From Octopus vulgaris (Eukaryota), in assembly GCA_951406725.2 (NCBI GenBank), contig OX597830.1, positions 9,424,001 through 9,488,000 on the forward strand: a stretch of DNA of 64,000 nucleotides, in the 5' to 3' direction. The notes under the pieces were generated by a model that made no database searches, was not told the DNA's origin, and worked only from the letters and a program-made list of their open reading frames with translations. Made by a program: the position numbers and the translations under genes. Of this stretch, positions 41,132-54,920 are shown one piece after another (within the stretch, counting starts at the first letter, position 1; every line of letters starts with the position of its first letter).

Positions 41132-42057
41132 CTATATATATATATATTTATATGTGTGTGTGTGCGTGTGTATGGGTATACAAACTCTCACACAAATACC
41201 TATAAACGTATTTTTATGTATGTATGTGTGAACGCGTTTTAAGAAATGATAAACGTTAGAGAAACGGTAGCTAGAATGAAGGTTTCATTTCAGAGTTCAG
41301 TAGCTGAGAGGTTGTGGGGGGCTTGTTTCCGCGCATTAGCACAGAAGAAGCTGTAGAGATCCCTCCACGAACCCATTGATCAATCGCTCAATCGACCAAT
41401 GGATCAATCACCCCATTTATTTGTTTACCCAACCATCGAAACATTTCTTCATAAACTTCCATCACCACCGTCCATCCATCAATCCATCCATCTAGCCATC
41501 CATCCATCCATTCATCCATCCATCGATCCATCCATCCATTCATCCATCTTCCTACCGATCCATTCTTCACTCATTCATCTTTGGATCGATACTTATGCCC
41601 TCCATTCACCGATCCAAAATGCCATCAAGACGTCTATTGATACAGATCAAACCATTGAAGCCACCATCTAATTTAACGTAGATCGATCAATTCCTCTAAC
41701 TATCGATCCCTCGCTTGTTTTCTCCCTCTCTTTTTTTATTCATTCATCCATGCATTTATCCATCCATCCATCCATCCATCCATCCATCCATCCATCGATC
41801 CGTTCACCCACCCTTCCATCGATCCCTCTAGCCTCCATTCGCATCCTGTCTCCATCCAGCCTTTTTACCATTCCTCTTCTCATCCAATCCGTTTTACCAA
41901 AATCTATATAAATGTTATTCAACACGAACTATGACAAGACACGTGATTAGTCTTGGAATGTGGTGGTGTCTAAAACTAATTTAGCAGGGTCCTGGGTGTT
42001 GTCTTTCAGCTTATATTGTATGTTTGAAGCTATTAAACCTACATTTACTCCACTCAG

Positions 42058-42151
<94 letters not shown>

Positions 42152-42161
42152 CACCAACCTA

Positions 42162-42233
<72 letters not shown>

Positions 42234-42327
42234 TATGAGGGTTTAGTTCACTAGTGATCTAAACGGTTAGGTACGCTAGGTAAGTGCTGTCATTTCATTA
42301 ATCTATACCATTCTCATTTCCCTATTT

Positions 42328-42383
42328 GTCTCTGATGACGGAATATTCCATACTCTGAGATATCCAAGAAACAGCTGTAGGAC
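42328..42383 (+). ncRNA. Hammerhead-like motif, ACAGCTGT family
   Basis: GTCT-CTGATGA-(GGAATAT...ATATCC stem II)-GAAA-CAGCTG-TA-GGAC. GUA cleavage triplet and stem I GTCT/GGAC; the stem II junction has extra bases. Confidence 0.55.
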
Positions 42384-43255
42384 TTTGATTTTTTCTAATA
42401 ATGACAACGTATGTGACTTGATATGTTAGCCTTGCCTTAACGTTTGTTGTCCTCTTTACCAATTATATACATATATATATATGTATATATACTAGCTTAA
42501 AATCGCACTCCATGCGACCTTTCAAGCTAGCTCCTGCAGATGGCTAATTGGGCGTTTGGCCCAAAGCTAAACAGAACTAAATATCATGACTATAATACAT
42601 CTATAATGACTGTATGCCCTGGTGGTGTTTGATCAGAGGTTAAGGACGGATGAGAATTAATTCTTGTAATGCAATCATTCTATTGTTCCAACTGTTGGCC
42701 AATTTTGTCCCAAAGTTCTTAACTCGATGTAAAATTAACGGAGCGAATGTCATTTATTTGCCCCCTTGATCTCAGTCATCGTCTGCAAACCGCCAACAAA
42801 GATGTCGTGAATGAGCTAAGCTTTACCTGTTAGAATTAGCAACCCAAATGCTTTTAAATCAAATCCCAATGCTGGATGTTCAAGAACCAAATGAAGGGCA
42901 GTTTTTGTATTTCATGAGTATTACTTGAAATAACATATTTCAATATAATATAAAGTGGCGTAGCGTAGTTTGATAAAATGTGACGTGGCTTCTTGTGTTT
43001 TAATACTGGTTCGTGGTGTATTTGTGAAAATATCGATATTGTCGTCTTTGAAGTGGCTGCTGACTGTTATTTAAAAGCCTAAGTTGAAGTTGAATTGCCG
43101 TCATTTCAAGTGTTATCAGAGCTCTTAGAATAATTGTAATCATAGTTACACATGCGTTGGAAGCCGTTCATGAAGAGTTCCGTACTTAAGACCTCACTGT
43201 ATTTAATATTGTATATTTATTTTCTGTCTTTAAATCCTTCCATAACAGATACCTA

Positions 43256-44153
43256 CGAGGGCGATCCTAGAAGTAAGGTCTTTAAAATTCTGGAGACACA
43301 GGGAAACTATGTGTGCGGCTATTGGCAACACTGTTGTATTTAGTGTGCATGCGCCTCCGCCTGCCCCTACTCGCACCTCACTGCCACGCTCAGTCTTGGC
43401 TTGGCAGTCGTATCGGATGGAGCTCCCGATTGACTCTACCACCAAGTTTGAAGTTCGCACAGTTATTCGGTTTTTGAACGCAAAAGGCATTAAACCGATT
43501 GAAATTCATCGCCAATTAACGGAAGTATATGACGGGTGGTGTATGCATGTCACAAACGTTGGCAAGTGGTGTAGGGAGTTTGCAGCTGGTCGTACTGAAA
43601 TTCCTGACGAAGAAAGAAGCGGGCGACCATTAATTTCCGACGAGACAGTCGTGAAGGTTGAGCAAATCTTGTATGAAAATCGGCGGATCACCCTTGATGA
43701 TCTCCGCATTTTGGTTCCTGGGGTTTCCCGAAGCACCATTCATAGGGTTTTGCGGGAAAAGTTGCAATATCGGAAAAAAGTGTTCAAGATGGGTCCCACG
43801 AATGCTCACAGAAGACCATAAACGGCAACCCACCTTATAGTCCGGACTTGGCACCCAGTGACTACCACCTGTTCTCTAAGTTGAAAGAACATTTGGCCGG
43901 AACGCGCTTCAGCAACGACTACTCTATGAAAGATGAGGTTCAACGCTCCCTCAACAACATGGCGGTGAGCTGGTAAGACGTGTTCATACAAAAACTGCCC
44001 CCTGCGCGTACAAAAATGCATCAACCGAAATGGCAATTATGTAGGAAAAATAGATAAATGTTCAAACTTTCAAATGATATCAACATCATTGACAATAAAC
44101 GTTTCTGTGATTTCTAAATAGTTTTGGACACCTTACTTTTAGGATTACCCTCG
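43256..44153 (+). mobile_element. Mariner (DD34D) transposon, internally deleted and frameshifted, non-autonomous
   Basis: 24-bp TIRs CGAGGGCGATCCTAGAAGTAAGGT and (reverse complement) CGAGGGTAATCCTAAAAGTAAGGT, with TA on both sides (43254-55, 44154-55). Transposase starts at ATG 43417 (MELPIDSTTKFEVRTVIRFL...ERSGRP), WVPRML follows a frameshift near 43775, then the sequence jumps directly to PPYSPDLAPSDYHLF. Confidence 0.95.
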
Positions 44154-45259
44154 TAATTACCTTACTAGATTAGTCAATCAACTAAGTCAGAAATATTCCT
44201 TTATCATGTCTTAAAGAGAGTTAATGAATGTTTCGCTCCTTTATCTCGTAGTTCCCCAATTCTCCTGACCTCATTTCCGTCTTCGTTTTTCATATTAGCC
44301 ATCGTTCTTTTGATTATTTCTCCTCTTTGATCATTGTCCAACATGAAATACCTTTGATTTCCCTACCTTTTTCTTTATTCTTTTATTCTTCTTTATTCTA
44401 TGCTCACCATTTTCTTTCTCTTTCCTTCTATAACTCTCACCGTCTTTCCCTACTTGCCTCAGTGTCACCAGAAAACATGTAAACTTTAACAAATGTTACT
44501 GACCGAAATATTTACTTTCCCTGTTGCCCACGACAAACCATTTCAATTACGAACTGCTTTATAACGATCCATTGTTACATCTTACAACACACATAGATCA
44601 TACAGTTTAAGGGACAAAACGCTTGTAACTCTAACATATACATTGATAACGCAAAGGTATTGTTAAGTAAGTGAATGACCTTGTCACCGCGAAGAGAAAG
44701 ACTTCTCAACATCGTTAAGTAGCTCCTGCAATTTCTGGTTCAAATAAGGCCCTTCTGGTGTGTATATCATCTAGAAACTGCGTAAGTTTTGGTGTTTTTT
44801 CTTCATGATTGCTATGCTCCCGCTACTGCCCAGCTCTGTTACTGTACAAGGAAAGGAATAAGGACAACATTAATACTGGTTTTCGTGATAGTGGTGATAG
44901 TGGTGAGGGTGTCGGTGGTGGGGATAGTAGTGGCTTCGGTGGTGGGGATGATGATGGTGGTGGTGGTGGTAATGCGTTCCTAATGTTGGCTATTAAAACT
45001 ATATCCGGTTCCTGTTCTACCATTGTAGCTATTATGATGTAATTAGCTGTAACTCACTGACATTGTAACATATGTCGATGTGTACACATGTATGTATGTA
45101 TGCATGTATGTATGTATAGGTGCATGTATGTATACATGTGTGTGCGCAGGTACTAATGTATGTATATATGTTTGTATGTATGTATGTATGCATGTATTAA
45201 TATACGTAGATGAGTGTATAAATATATAAATTATGCATATTTTAACTTATGTATATAGG

Positions 45260-45291
45260 ATGTAGTAGTAGCAGCAGCAGTAGTAGTAATT

Positions 45292-45351
<60 letters not shown>

Positions 45352-45825
45352 AAAGTAGTCGAAGCTACAGTAGGAATAGTAGTAATAGTAGTGTTGTTGT
45401 TGTTGGTGGTGGTGGTATTAGTGGTAGTTTTAGCAATAGTAATAACGGTAGTTGTATTATAGTAGGTGTCGGAGAAGTAATAGTAGGGTAATACTAATAA
45501 TGGTAGAGATAGTATTAGTAGTGTTAATGACGGTAATAGTAATAGTGGTAGTAGGAATGTTAGTAGTAATAGTTTTAGTGATCGTAGTAGTAGCAGTAGT
45601 AGTAGTAGTAGCAGCAATAGCAATAGTAGTAGTGGTAATAGTAGGATTAGTATCAGCAATAGCAATAGTAGTAGTGGTAATAGTAAGAGTAGTATCAGCA
45701 ATAGTAGTAGTAGTAGTAGCAATAGTTGTAGTAGTAGTAATAGTAGTAGTAGCAATAGCAGTAGTAGTAGAAGCAATAGTAGTAGTAGTAGGATCAGTAG
45801 TAGTAGTAGTAGCAGCAGCAATAGT

Positions 45826-45858
<33 letters not shown>

Positions 45859-46030
45859 CAATAGGAGTAGTAGAAGTTGTAGTAGTAGTAGTAGTAGTAG
45901 TAACAGTAGTAGTAGTAGTAATAGTAGTAGTAGTAGTTGCAATAGTAGTAGTAGAAGTTGTAGTAGTAGTAGTAGTAGCAATAGTAGTAGTAGCAGTAGT
46001 AGTAGTAGTAATAACAGTAGTAGTAGTAAC

Positions 46031-46085
<55 letters not shown>

Positions 46086-46141
46086 ACAGTAGTAGTAGTA
46101 GTAGTAGTAGTAGTAACAGTAGTAGTAGTAGTAGTAGTAGT
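45260..46141. repeat. Long degenerate (AGT)n microsatellite (~880 bp)
   Basis: Directly visible; source of the 305-aa and 234-aa spurious ORFs. Confidence 0.95.
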
Positions 46142-46313
46142 CAAACACCTACATAAATAGTTAAGTCAGAGAACCGGATGAAATAAATGCGCCCCCAAGT
46201 TGACTATTGGTCGATGTTGTTATAATGAAGACTGCTGCACAGAAACACATGCACACACACACACACACACACACACACCGCATGCATACAAACAGACGCT
46301 TGTACATATGTCC

Positions 46314-46363
<50 letters not shown>

Positions 46364-47409
46364 CGCATACACACAACCAAATATCTACATGTATGTGTAT
46401 ATATATATATGTGCATGTGTGTATATATTTATACACAAACACATACACACACTCATGTATATGCAGTTTTGTGAGCAACAAATAACCGTTCAGACTGCAG
46501 TGTAAAGTTGAAAGTAAAGGTGAGATGTTGTGATGTTCATGCTGTACTCAATCACGTTAATGACGGGAGTGAAATGATTCCGAACCGGAAATGGAACTCA
46601 CACTCTGACGAATTCGATACTGCTCGACGTTTAAGTAGCGGTGCTATGACATGAACGAAATTACGAGCAACCAACACCACCACCACCACCGCTTCTACCA
46701 CCACCACCACCACCACCGCCACCACCGCCACCGCCACCACAACCACCACCACCACCACTTCTACCACCACCACCACCATCACCACTTCTACCTCTGCCAT
46801 CTCAGAACCACTACCACCAACACAACATTATCCCTCACAATTGCACCACCACAACCACTGCCAAATCAACAACTGCTGCATCTGTCGACACAACCTCCTT
46901 CCCTCCCCCGCCAGCCTATGTCAACATACAAATGATCGTATATGTATGTACGTGTGTGTGTGTGTGTGTGTGTGCGCGTGTATATATATGTATATGTAGG
47001 CATATGCTGTGTATATACCCATATGTGCGCATATATAGCTTCAGCCTCACTATCATTCATAACATCTCCACCTCCATCTCAGCACCCTCACCCACTCTAC
47101 CAGCTCAACTACTACCGCCACCATCACCACCACAACCACCACCACCACCACCACCACCACCACCACCACCATTTCCACCACCACCATTTCCACCACGGCT
47201 GCTAACAATGTAAATCTCTATGTTAAACTGAACAAATCAAAGTCTGGAATAGTAATCACAAGAATTATGACGCTTCTGGGAATTATGAAGCCATATATTT
47301 CATGTCATTGAATACGAAGTCCATTCTAGGTTGGTGGCGATAACACACAACACATTGTATGTTTAGTTTGTTTGCCCTTCCAGCTGGTGTCCCCAGAAAT
47401 TACGGTCAT

Positions 47410-47930
47410 ATTGTTAACCTTTTTCTATTGATCAACAATATGTGATTTCCTTGTAGCCCTTCTGTCCTAAACGTACACAAAATAAGGTCACATTTGTAAC
47501 TCTTTTATTTTGAATCACATAGAATATGCTCTGGTCGTAGCCATTTTATCTTGGCCCTCAAAAATGTGTTCTATACTGACCCCAACAAAATAGATCGAAC
47601 CCTTCTATATTGACTCACAGAAAGCCCTCAAATTCTCCTTGTGAGCCCTTCTATCTTGGCTTAAAGAAAGTAGGTTATAATTCTTAGCTCTTCTATCTTA
47701 GGCTGAAAAAAATAGGGTTGCATTTGTAACCCTTATATCTTGGCCTACAGAAAAGAAGTTCTTGGTTTTATACCTTCTATCCTGGCTCACAGGAAGTAGG
47801 TTCCTCTTTATAACCCTTCTGTAGTGACCCATAAATAATAGGGCAATGTTGTTAACGTTTCTATCAGGAAACTCAGAAAATGGTCCTCGTTAGCATTTCT
47901 AGCTTTGCTCACAGAATTATAGGTATTCTG
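47410..47930. repeat. Diverged ~42-bp minisatellite, about 12 units
   Basis: A CCTTCTATC-like core recurs at ~47600, 47646, 47688, 47731, 47773 and 47814. Approximate unit AACCCTTCTATCTTGGCTCACAGAAAGTAGGTTCCTCTTTGT. Confidence 0.75.
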
Positions 47931-48510
47931 ACCTAGAATATAAAAGGAGCCAATCTGAAGGTAGTAACCCAATCCCTTTTTATGTCACACACTCACTGTC
48001 TTCTAATGAAAAGGGCACAAATTGATTTAGTTCTAGATACACTGTTTTAGAAAAAGACGCTATTGGCACGACTGTCGTGTCTTCGTTCATATATCTACAA
48101 GAGACTTGAGGTTAAATACCCATAACAACAGTTGAGGAAATATTCTTTAGTGAATTTTTCAATGATACTGTTGTTAACATCACTGAGTTCCTATTCAGGA
48201 GTGCTGGTCGCAGTCTTAGATACAGCGCTGGTGTTTTATTTGCCAGGCAAGTGGTTTCATCAGAGACTGTGTTTTGAAACTGCTATGTGCGGCCGGTTTA
48301 AATGCTCGGGAATTAAGCACGTCTCCCAGATATTCCTTCGCAAAACGTGGGCCCTTTACAAACCCTTCGCTCCACCTGTTCTTGCCTTTCTTGTACATAA
48401 TTCCTTGCGACAGTTTAAGCAGAACGTTAACAGGGATGTGATGGTCCCAGTCCCGTGGGGTGCAGGGGTGTCTGTTGTCGATCTTGCTTTGTTATTATCT
48501 AGAATGCTTT

Positions 48511-48720
48511 TAAGGCGACGAGCTGGCTGAATCGTTAGCACGCTGCACAAAATGCTTAGCGGCATTTCGTCCGCCTTTACGTTCTGAGTTCAAATTCCGC
48601 CGAAGTCGACTTTGCTTTTCATCCTTTCGGAGTCGATAAAATAAATACCAGTTGAAAACTGGGGTCAATGTAGTGGTTCTGAGATGGCTGATCTTATGCC
48701 AAAATTTGAAATTTGAAATC
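48511..48720 (+). mobile_element. SINE family B copy
   Basis: AAGGCGACGAGCTGGCTGAATCGTTAGCAC... Confidence 0.85.
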
Positions 48721-49313
48721 AATATTTAGGATGAAGTCAGTCCAGATTTATATGACATAATAATAGACATTCCAGTCATGACAATCCCTATCAATCAACA
48801 TATAGTTAACCAACATATCACTATTACAAACTGAGCTTGGAATCATTAAAACACGCACTACTAACGTATCGACTTCAATCCAGTATAGCACATATCCTAC
48901 ATAAATATTATATCATCTATCTGATATCTTATAAACACTTCACTATCAACATTCAATGTGATATATTATAAACACCCTGTGATATAAAACCTTGGTCATC
49001 TACCTAATGAGTGCATATCGATACATATGTACAAACAATTATTTGAATATCGGGACTGGTGCTATAAAAAGAAAACCACAACACATATCAACTGGGTAGT
49101 TAGTCCTCTTCTGAAGCCACCCGCTTTATTCAGCGTCGTTTCTATTGATGGAAGTATTTCTGGAATTCCTTGTTTTTGAGGGAGCGTGCAGCTGCCTCGT
49201 CGCATTCTCGATTTCTCCGGCGTCTTGAAATCTTGTTCAAATTGGCTCAAGTGGGATGTGATTTTTGGAAAGTTTCTTGGCCGTAATAATCTTCAAACCT
49301 TGTCTCTTTCTAT

Positions 49314-49375
<62 letters not shown>

Positions 49376-49924
49376 GCACACATGCACACAGAGCCACATA
49401 TTTTCTCTGCCATGGTCACTGATGAAACCTCTGTGCTGTGGTGAGACGACCACACTCCACACACTTTACCTTGAAGCACTACAATAAACAACGAAACTAT
49501 AAGGGAATGTCATAACTTTGTACGCATGCGCGACTTAGTTCAAGGTCAATCTGTGCTAAGCGACTTCACCCTGGGTACTTTCGTATAGAAACAGACTCGA
49601 TAAATTTCGATCAGACCTCGTACACACTTATTCAAATAAACACGCTGTAACGCATATACATTCACACAAACATATTTTTACATAAATACACACAAACTTA
49701 TATTTACATAGACCTATGAACAGACACGTTCTTACAGGTATGGCATCCACATATGCGCCTGCGGTTCCCTAATTTGATTTCAATGCGTTTCTCTGGAAAT
49801 CTATTTTGCGCTAAGTTCTTTCCTTCCTGTCTATCTATCTTGCTAGTTGTCTTATCGACATAAATGCATCTCTCTCTCTCTCTCTTTCACTCTAAATATA
49901 TATGTATACAAACACACACACACA

Positions 49925-49963
<39 letters not shown>

Positions 49964-50253
49964 TATTTGAATTGTTTATTTGAATTGCCTGATGAAGGAC
50001 TAGGGTCGTTCTGTGTCTCTCCCACATGTAAGTTTTGTAGCATTTAATGCATTTTTCATTTATTGAGTAACAACGCCACGCATCTAGACTTTTGTTAACA
50101 GTATATATATACATATATATATATATACACATATATATGCATATATATATATTTATATATCCACTTGTCTGTATATACTGTCCCTATATACATGTATTTT
50201 AAGAATATTGCTTTCTTCTGCAGGTCTGTATATAAACACAATGAAATCACATT

Positions 50254-50326
<73 letters not shown>

Positions 50327-51267
50327 ATACACAAACACAGACAGCTGTGAAGATTCTGCCTAAACAGAAACACATCAAAGACTTGTGACATATGGAAATT
50401 CCTCAAACGTTATTAGAAACTCATAAATATACAGCGAGGAGAGAGAGAGAGAGAGGGAGAGAGAGTGAGAGAGAGAGGGGGGAGAGAGAGAGACTTGTTG
50501 ATACACACATACACACATATACATATATAATACAAACACAGGCACACACACACATACAGAGGCACATACACAGGCACACAGGCACACATAGACACATATA
50601 CTTCAGCAAGAATATTATTGACAGTAACTTCGAAGTTTGGCCCAGTTATATTCAACAATGTCCTTGCTCAAGAATATCTGATTTGTAGTCTACAATAGGA
50701 TACAGTACCGTATCAGATTAACGTAAAATTGTTTTTATTGTAACTGAAAAACAAATATTAACTCACACTCACAAACACACACAAACACACACACATATGC
50801 ACACACACATGCAGACACCCAGTCATACAGAACCATAGGCAGCTAATATATAACGCGGATGACCCAGATATTTCAAGTCATCATATATAACATCTAACAT
50901 CCCTCTACCTATTGACCTAGAAACAACTTTACTGCACCATCCACAGACACAGATACATGAACGTATATCCAGAACAAGACATTAATATAGAGTTACAAAT
51001 ATTAATCATATGAGAGAAGATGGAGTCAGTGAGACAGAGAGGTACGAGTTCATGCCAGCCAGTCATTATATAATTGTGTTATTAATTATATAATCATCTC
51101 TGACTTCAACGTGACGGACGTACATTAAATTGACGTGTTTTATTGACGCCGTGATATGAAGCTTGGTGAGGTTGGAGCTCTTTGCTTAAAGATTCGCGTC
51201 TAAACAGCAAAATCCTTTTCTCACCATCCGCTGATACTTAACACCTCTAGCTCTTCAGTGGCTTCGA

Positions 51268-51505
51268 GTAGGCACAGGTGTTGCTGTGTGGAAAGGAGTT
51301 TCCTTTCCAGTCACATGGTTCCGGGTTCAGTCCCACTGACGAGTGTCGTCTACTATAATCTTAGACTTCTATAATCTTAGGTCGACCCAAGCCTTGTGAG
51401 TGGATTTGGTAGACAGAAACTGAAAGAAGCTCGTCGTGTGGGTGTGGGTGTGTAGGGGGTTTCTGGGTTTGTCCCCCCAACCACCCCTTAACAACTGGTG
51501 TTGTC
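51268..51505 (+). mobile_element. SINE family C copy (3'-truncated)
   Basis: CACATGGTTCCGGGTTCAGTCCCACTG...GAAACTGAAAGAAGC. Confidence 0.75.
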
Positions 51506-51738
51506 ACGAAAATGCACGATTTTTCGAGGGCTCAAGCAACAATATTAGTATTGACTAAAAGCAACAGAGGGACCGGTTTCAATTCCTATCAGTTATAATG
51601 CGTTTACCATAATAAGGTGTTTGCGCAGCACAGAATTGATCTCACTCTTTCGTCATCTTTTTTATTTCCTGTCTATCTTTAGAATATTATTAACTGTGCA
51701 TTTGTACACCCAGAAGTGTGTACATGTACATACATACA

Positions 51739-51850
<112 letters not shown>

Positions 51851-52427
51851 TGTGGGTGTGTGTCTGTGGGGATACATACGTGTGTAAAATTGTCTGTATG
51901 AATGAATGAACGTTATCGCAATTCACACGAACGCCAACACCCAAAACTGAGCAAGAACTAAGAACGATAACAACAGAACAGCATTAAAGATCCACACACA
52001 CACAGAGAAACGCATGCATGCACAAAAACACACAAAAAAAATCTTCACACACACACACAGATCACAGGCGAATGCGTAAACACACAGAGGCAGCCCTTAA
52101 CACATCCCGTGCATCTGTACTACGAACATCAAAAGCAAGAACAGATAATGAAGGCGCTGCGATTCATAGAGCGTCGTTTTTAGGTAAAAATAATAAAACC
52201 AACTACAACAGCAACAACAACAACCACAATAGGATCTCCTACACAACAGTGGGAGCTTCATTGGCAATAATGGATACAACAACAAAAAATAACAAATACA
52301 GAAGCACCTGATGTCCCTCCCTGTGTGATGTTTGTTATACATGCATACATGCATGTATATATATGTATTTTTATATATGTATATATATGTATTTATATAT
52401 GTGTTTGTTAGCGTATGCATGTATATA

Positions 52428-52463
<36 letters not shown>

Positions 52464-52585
52464 CATATATATATACATATACACACACACATGCGCATAT
52501 ATATATATATATTCGTGTCTTTAGTTTTTCCTCTCTCCATATGTATGATCGTATGCATACATCTATATGTATATATAACGTATGA

Positions 52586-52625
<40 letters not shown>

Positions 52626-52818
52626 TTCCATACACACCCAGGCGTGTGCGAACAAACTCGCACTTACACACATATATATATAGAGATGTTTGTTTATGTC
52701 TCTACCGATCTACCTTCTTATTTAGGTATCTACACACACACACACACACACATACACACACATATATATATATATGTATAAAGAAATATATATATACACA
52801 TGTATGTATATGTTTGTA

Positions 52819-52850
<32 letters not shown>

Positions 52851-53117
52851 AATAGCCACATATATGTATTTGAATCTTATGTACATGTACGTATATATAT
52901 AGATATACATATGTATATACATGCGTGTATATGCAAATTACAAATACATATATATATATACATATATATGTATATGTATATATATATATCGTTATTTGTA
53001 GTTACTGAAATATGCTAAATGTCACACAGTAAAACAGACCCTAAACTTTCCTTTAGATGATATATACAGATGTGCACCCACCCACCTTACACACACACAC
53101 ACAGAAACACATGCACT

Positions 53118-53153
<36 letters not shown>

Positions 53154-53426
53154 TACACGCATACATATATGTATATATATATATATGTCTACAAGGAGGC
53201 TGATACATTCCAACATATTGTTCTGCCTAAGTAGAACACTTAGCCATCTTCAACGTATAATATTTATGGCTTTTTGTCGTGGCCCGACACCACCCGTCAC
53301 CTTGTTGAACCAGATTTTTCTTCTTGGTTACTCCCACATTTGTAACACTCTGAGTAATCCTTTTGTCTTTTTTTCTCCTTTATATATTCACACGCACGCG
53401 CTCACAATCAAACGCGAATATACACA

Positions 53427-53473
<47 letters not shown>

Positions 53474-53559
53474 GTTTGTGTGGCGTATAAAAACATACGT
53501 AAATACATATATATATATATATATATGCGTGTGAGTATGTGTGTGTGTGTGTGTGTATG

Positions 53560-53960
53560 TAAGGCGGTGAGCTGGCAGAAATGTTAGCACGCCGGGCGAA
53601 ATGCTTAGCAGTATTTCGTCTGTCGCTAGGTTCTGAGTTCAAATTCCGTCGGGGTCGACTTTGCCTTTGATCCTTTCGGGATCGATTAATTAAGTACCAG
53701 TTACGCACTGGGGTCGATATAATCGACTTAATCCGTTTGTCTGTCCATGCTTGTCCCCTCTGTGTGTAGCCCCTTGTGGGCAGTAAAGAAATAGGTATTT
53801 AATCTCTCTTTACCTTCTAAGTTCAAATTCCGCCGAGGTCGACTTTCCCTTTCATCCTTTCGGGGTCGATGTATTAAGTAACAGCTTTGTACTGGAGTCG
53901 ATCTAACCGTCTGGTCTCCCTTCCCCCAAATTTCGGGCCTTGTGCCTAGAGTAGAAAGGG
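53560..53960 (+). mobile_element. SINE family B full copy plus a second partial copy
   Basis: Head at 53561; second box B AGTTCAAATTCCGCCGAGG at ~53820. Confidence 0.85.
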
Positions 53961-54209
53961 AATATATACGTGCGTGTATCTATGTATGTACAGATATGTA
54001 TTGATGCATATATATATTAATATGTAACTTAACTTAGAATAAAAGGTTTTGGCCAGTATTGACCCAGGCCATGTCTAACTTAATAGCACCACCTGGCGAA
54101 GTCTTTCAATATGTATGTAAGTATATATGTGAGTGTTCATGCATATATATGTACTATATATACATATATATATACACGTATGCATGTATACACACACACA
54201 GACACGCAC

Positions 54210-54240
<31 letters not shown>

Positions 54241-54283
54241 GCAATAATAATTCTCTAAAAGAGATATAGACAGTAACTGCTCG

Positions 54284-54439
54284 ATAACATAAGGGACTAA
54301 AGCCATCTGAATATGGCTAGGGACAGGGCAGGGTGGTGGGGGTGTTACTGTATGTTCGCCTGGGGCTAAATGCAACAGTAACACCCCCACCACCCTGCCC
54401 TGTCCCTAGCCATATTCAGATGGCTTTAGTCCCTTATGT

Positions 54440-54442
<3 letters not shown>
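54284..54442. repeat. Perfect inverted repeat, 68-bp arms, 23-nt spacer
   Basis: 54284-54351 is the exact reverse complement of 54375-54442. Confidence 0.95.
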
Positions 54443-54473
<31 letters not shown>

Positions 54474-54548
54474 CATATATATACATACATATATATATAC
54501 ATACATACATATATATACATACATACATATACATATACATACATATAT

Positions 54549-54581
<33 letters not shown>

Positions 54582-54660
54582 CATACATATATATATACAT
54601 ACATATATATATACATATATATATATATACATACATATATATATACACATATATATATAC

Positions 54661-54744
<84 letters not shown>

Positions 54745-54749
<5 letters not shown>

Positions 54750-54920
54750 TCCCTGCCGTCGCTTGACAACTGATGCTGGTGTGTTCGGCTAAAGATCCGA
54801 TGAGAAAAGTATTAGGCCTACAAAGGATAAGATCTGAGGTTGATTTCTTCGACTAACACGCTTTAAAGTGGTGCTCCAGTATGGCCGCAGTCAGATGACT
54901 GAAACAAATAAAATAATAAA
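54745..54920 (+). mobile_element. SINE family C 3' half
   Basis: TCGCTTGACAACTGATGCTGG...GGTGCTCCAGTATGGCCGCAGTC. Confidence 0.7.

Noticed and set aside
45231-46156. 305-aa and 234-aa ORFs (poly-Y/L/T/S/V)
   Set aside because: Entirely a degenerate (AGT)n repeat; no domain or splice evidence.
47410-47930. CRISPR-like array
   Set aside because: Eukaryotic context, no identical repeats with unique spacers, no cas genes; the whole unit is homologous.
48132-48565. 132-aa ORF / possible GIY-YIG remnant
   Set aside because: Non-ATG start, runs into a SINE, and shows only a vague KEYLG..LNSR similarity on the minus strand.
49417-50010. Further CTGATGA motifs (49420, 49989; also 8327, 40949, and CTGACGA at 16982, 46595)
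   Set aside because: They lack a convincing stem II followed by GAAA and an NUH site; they may be decayed relics but are not supportable.
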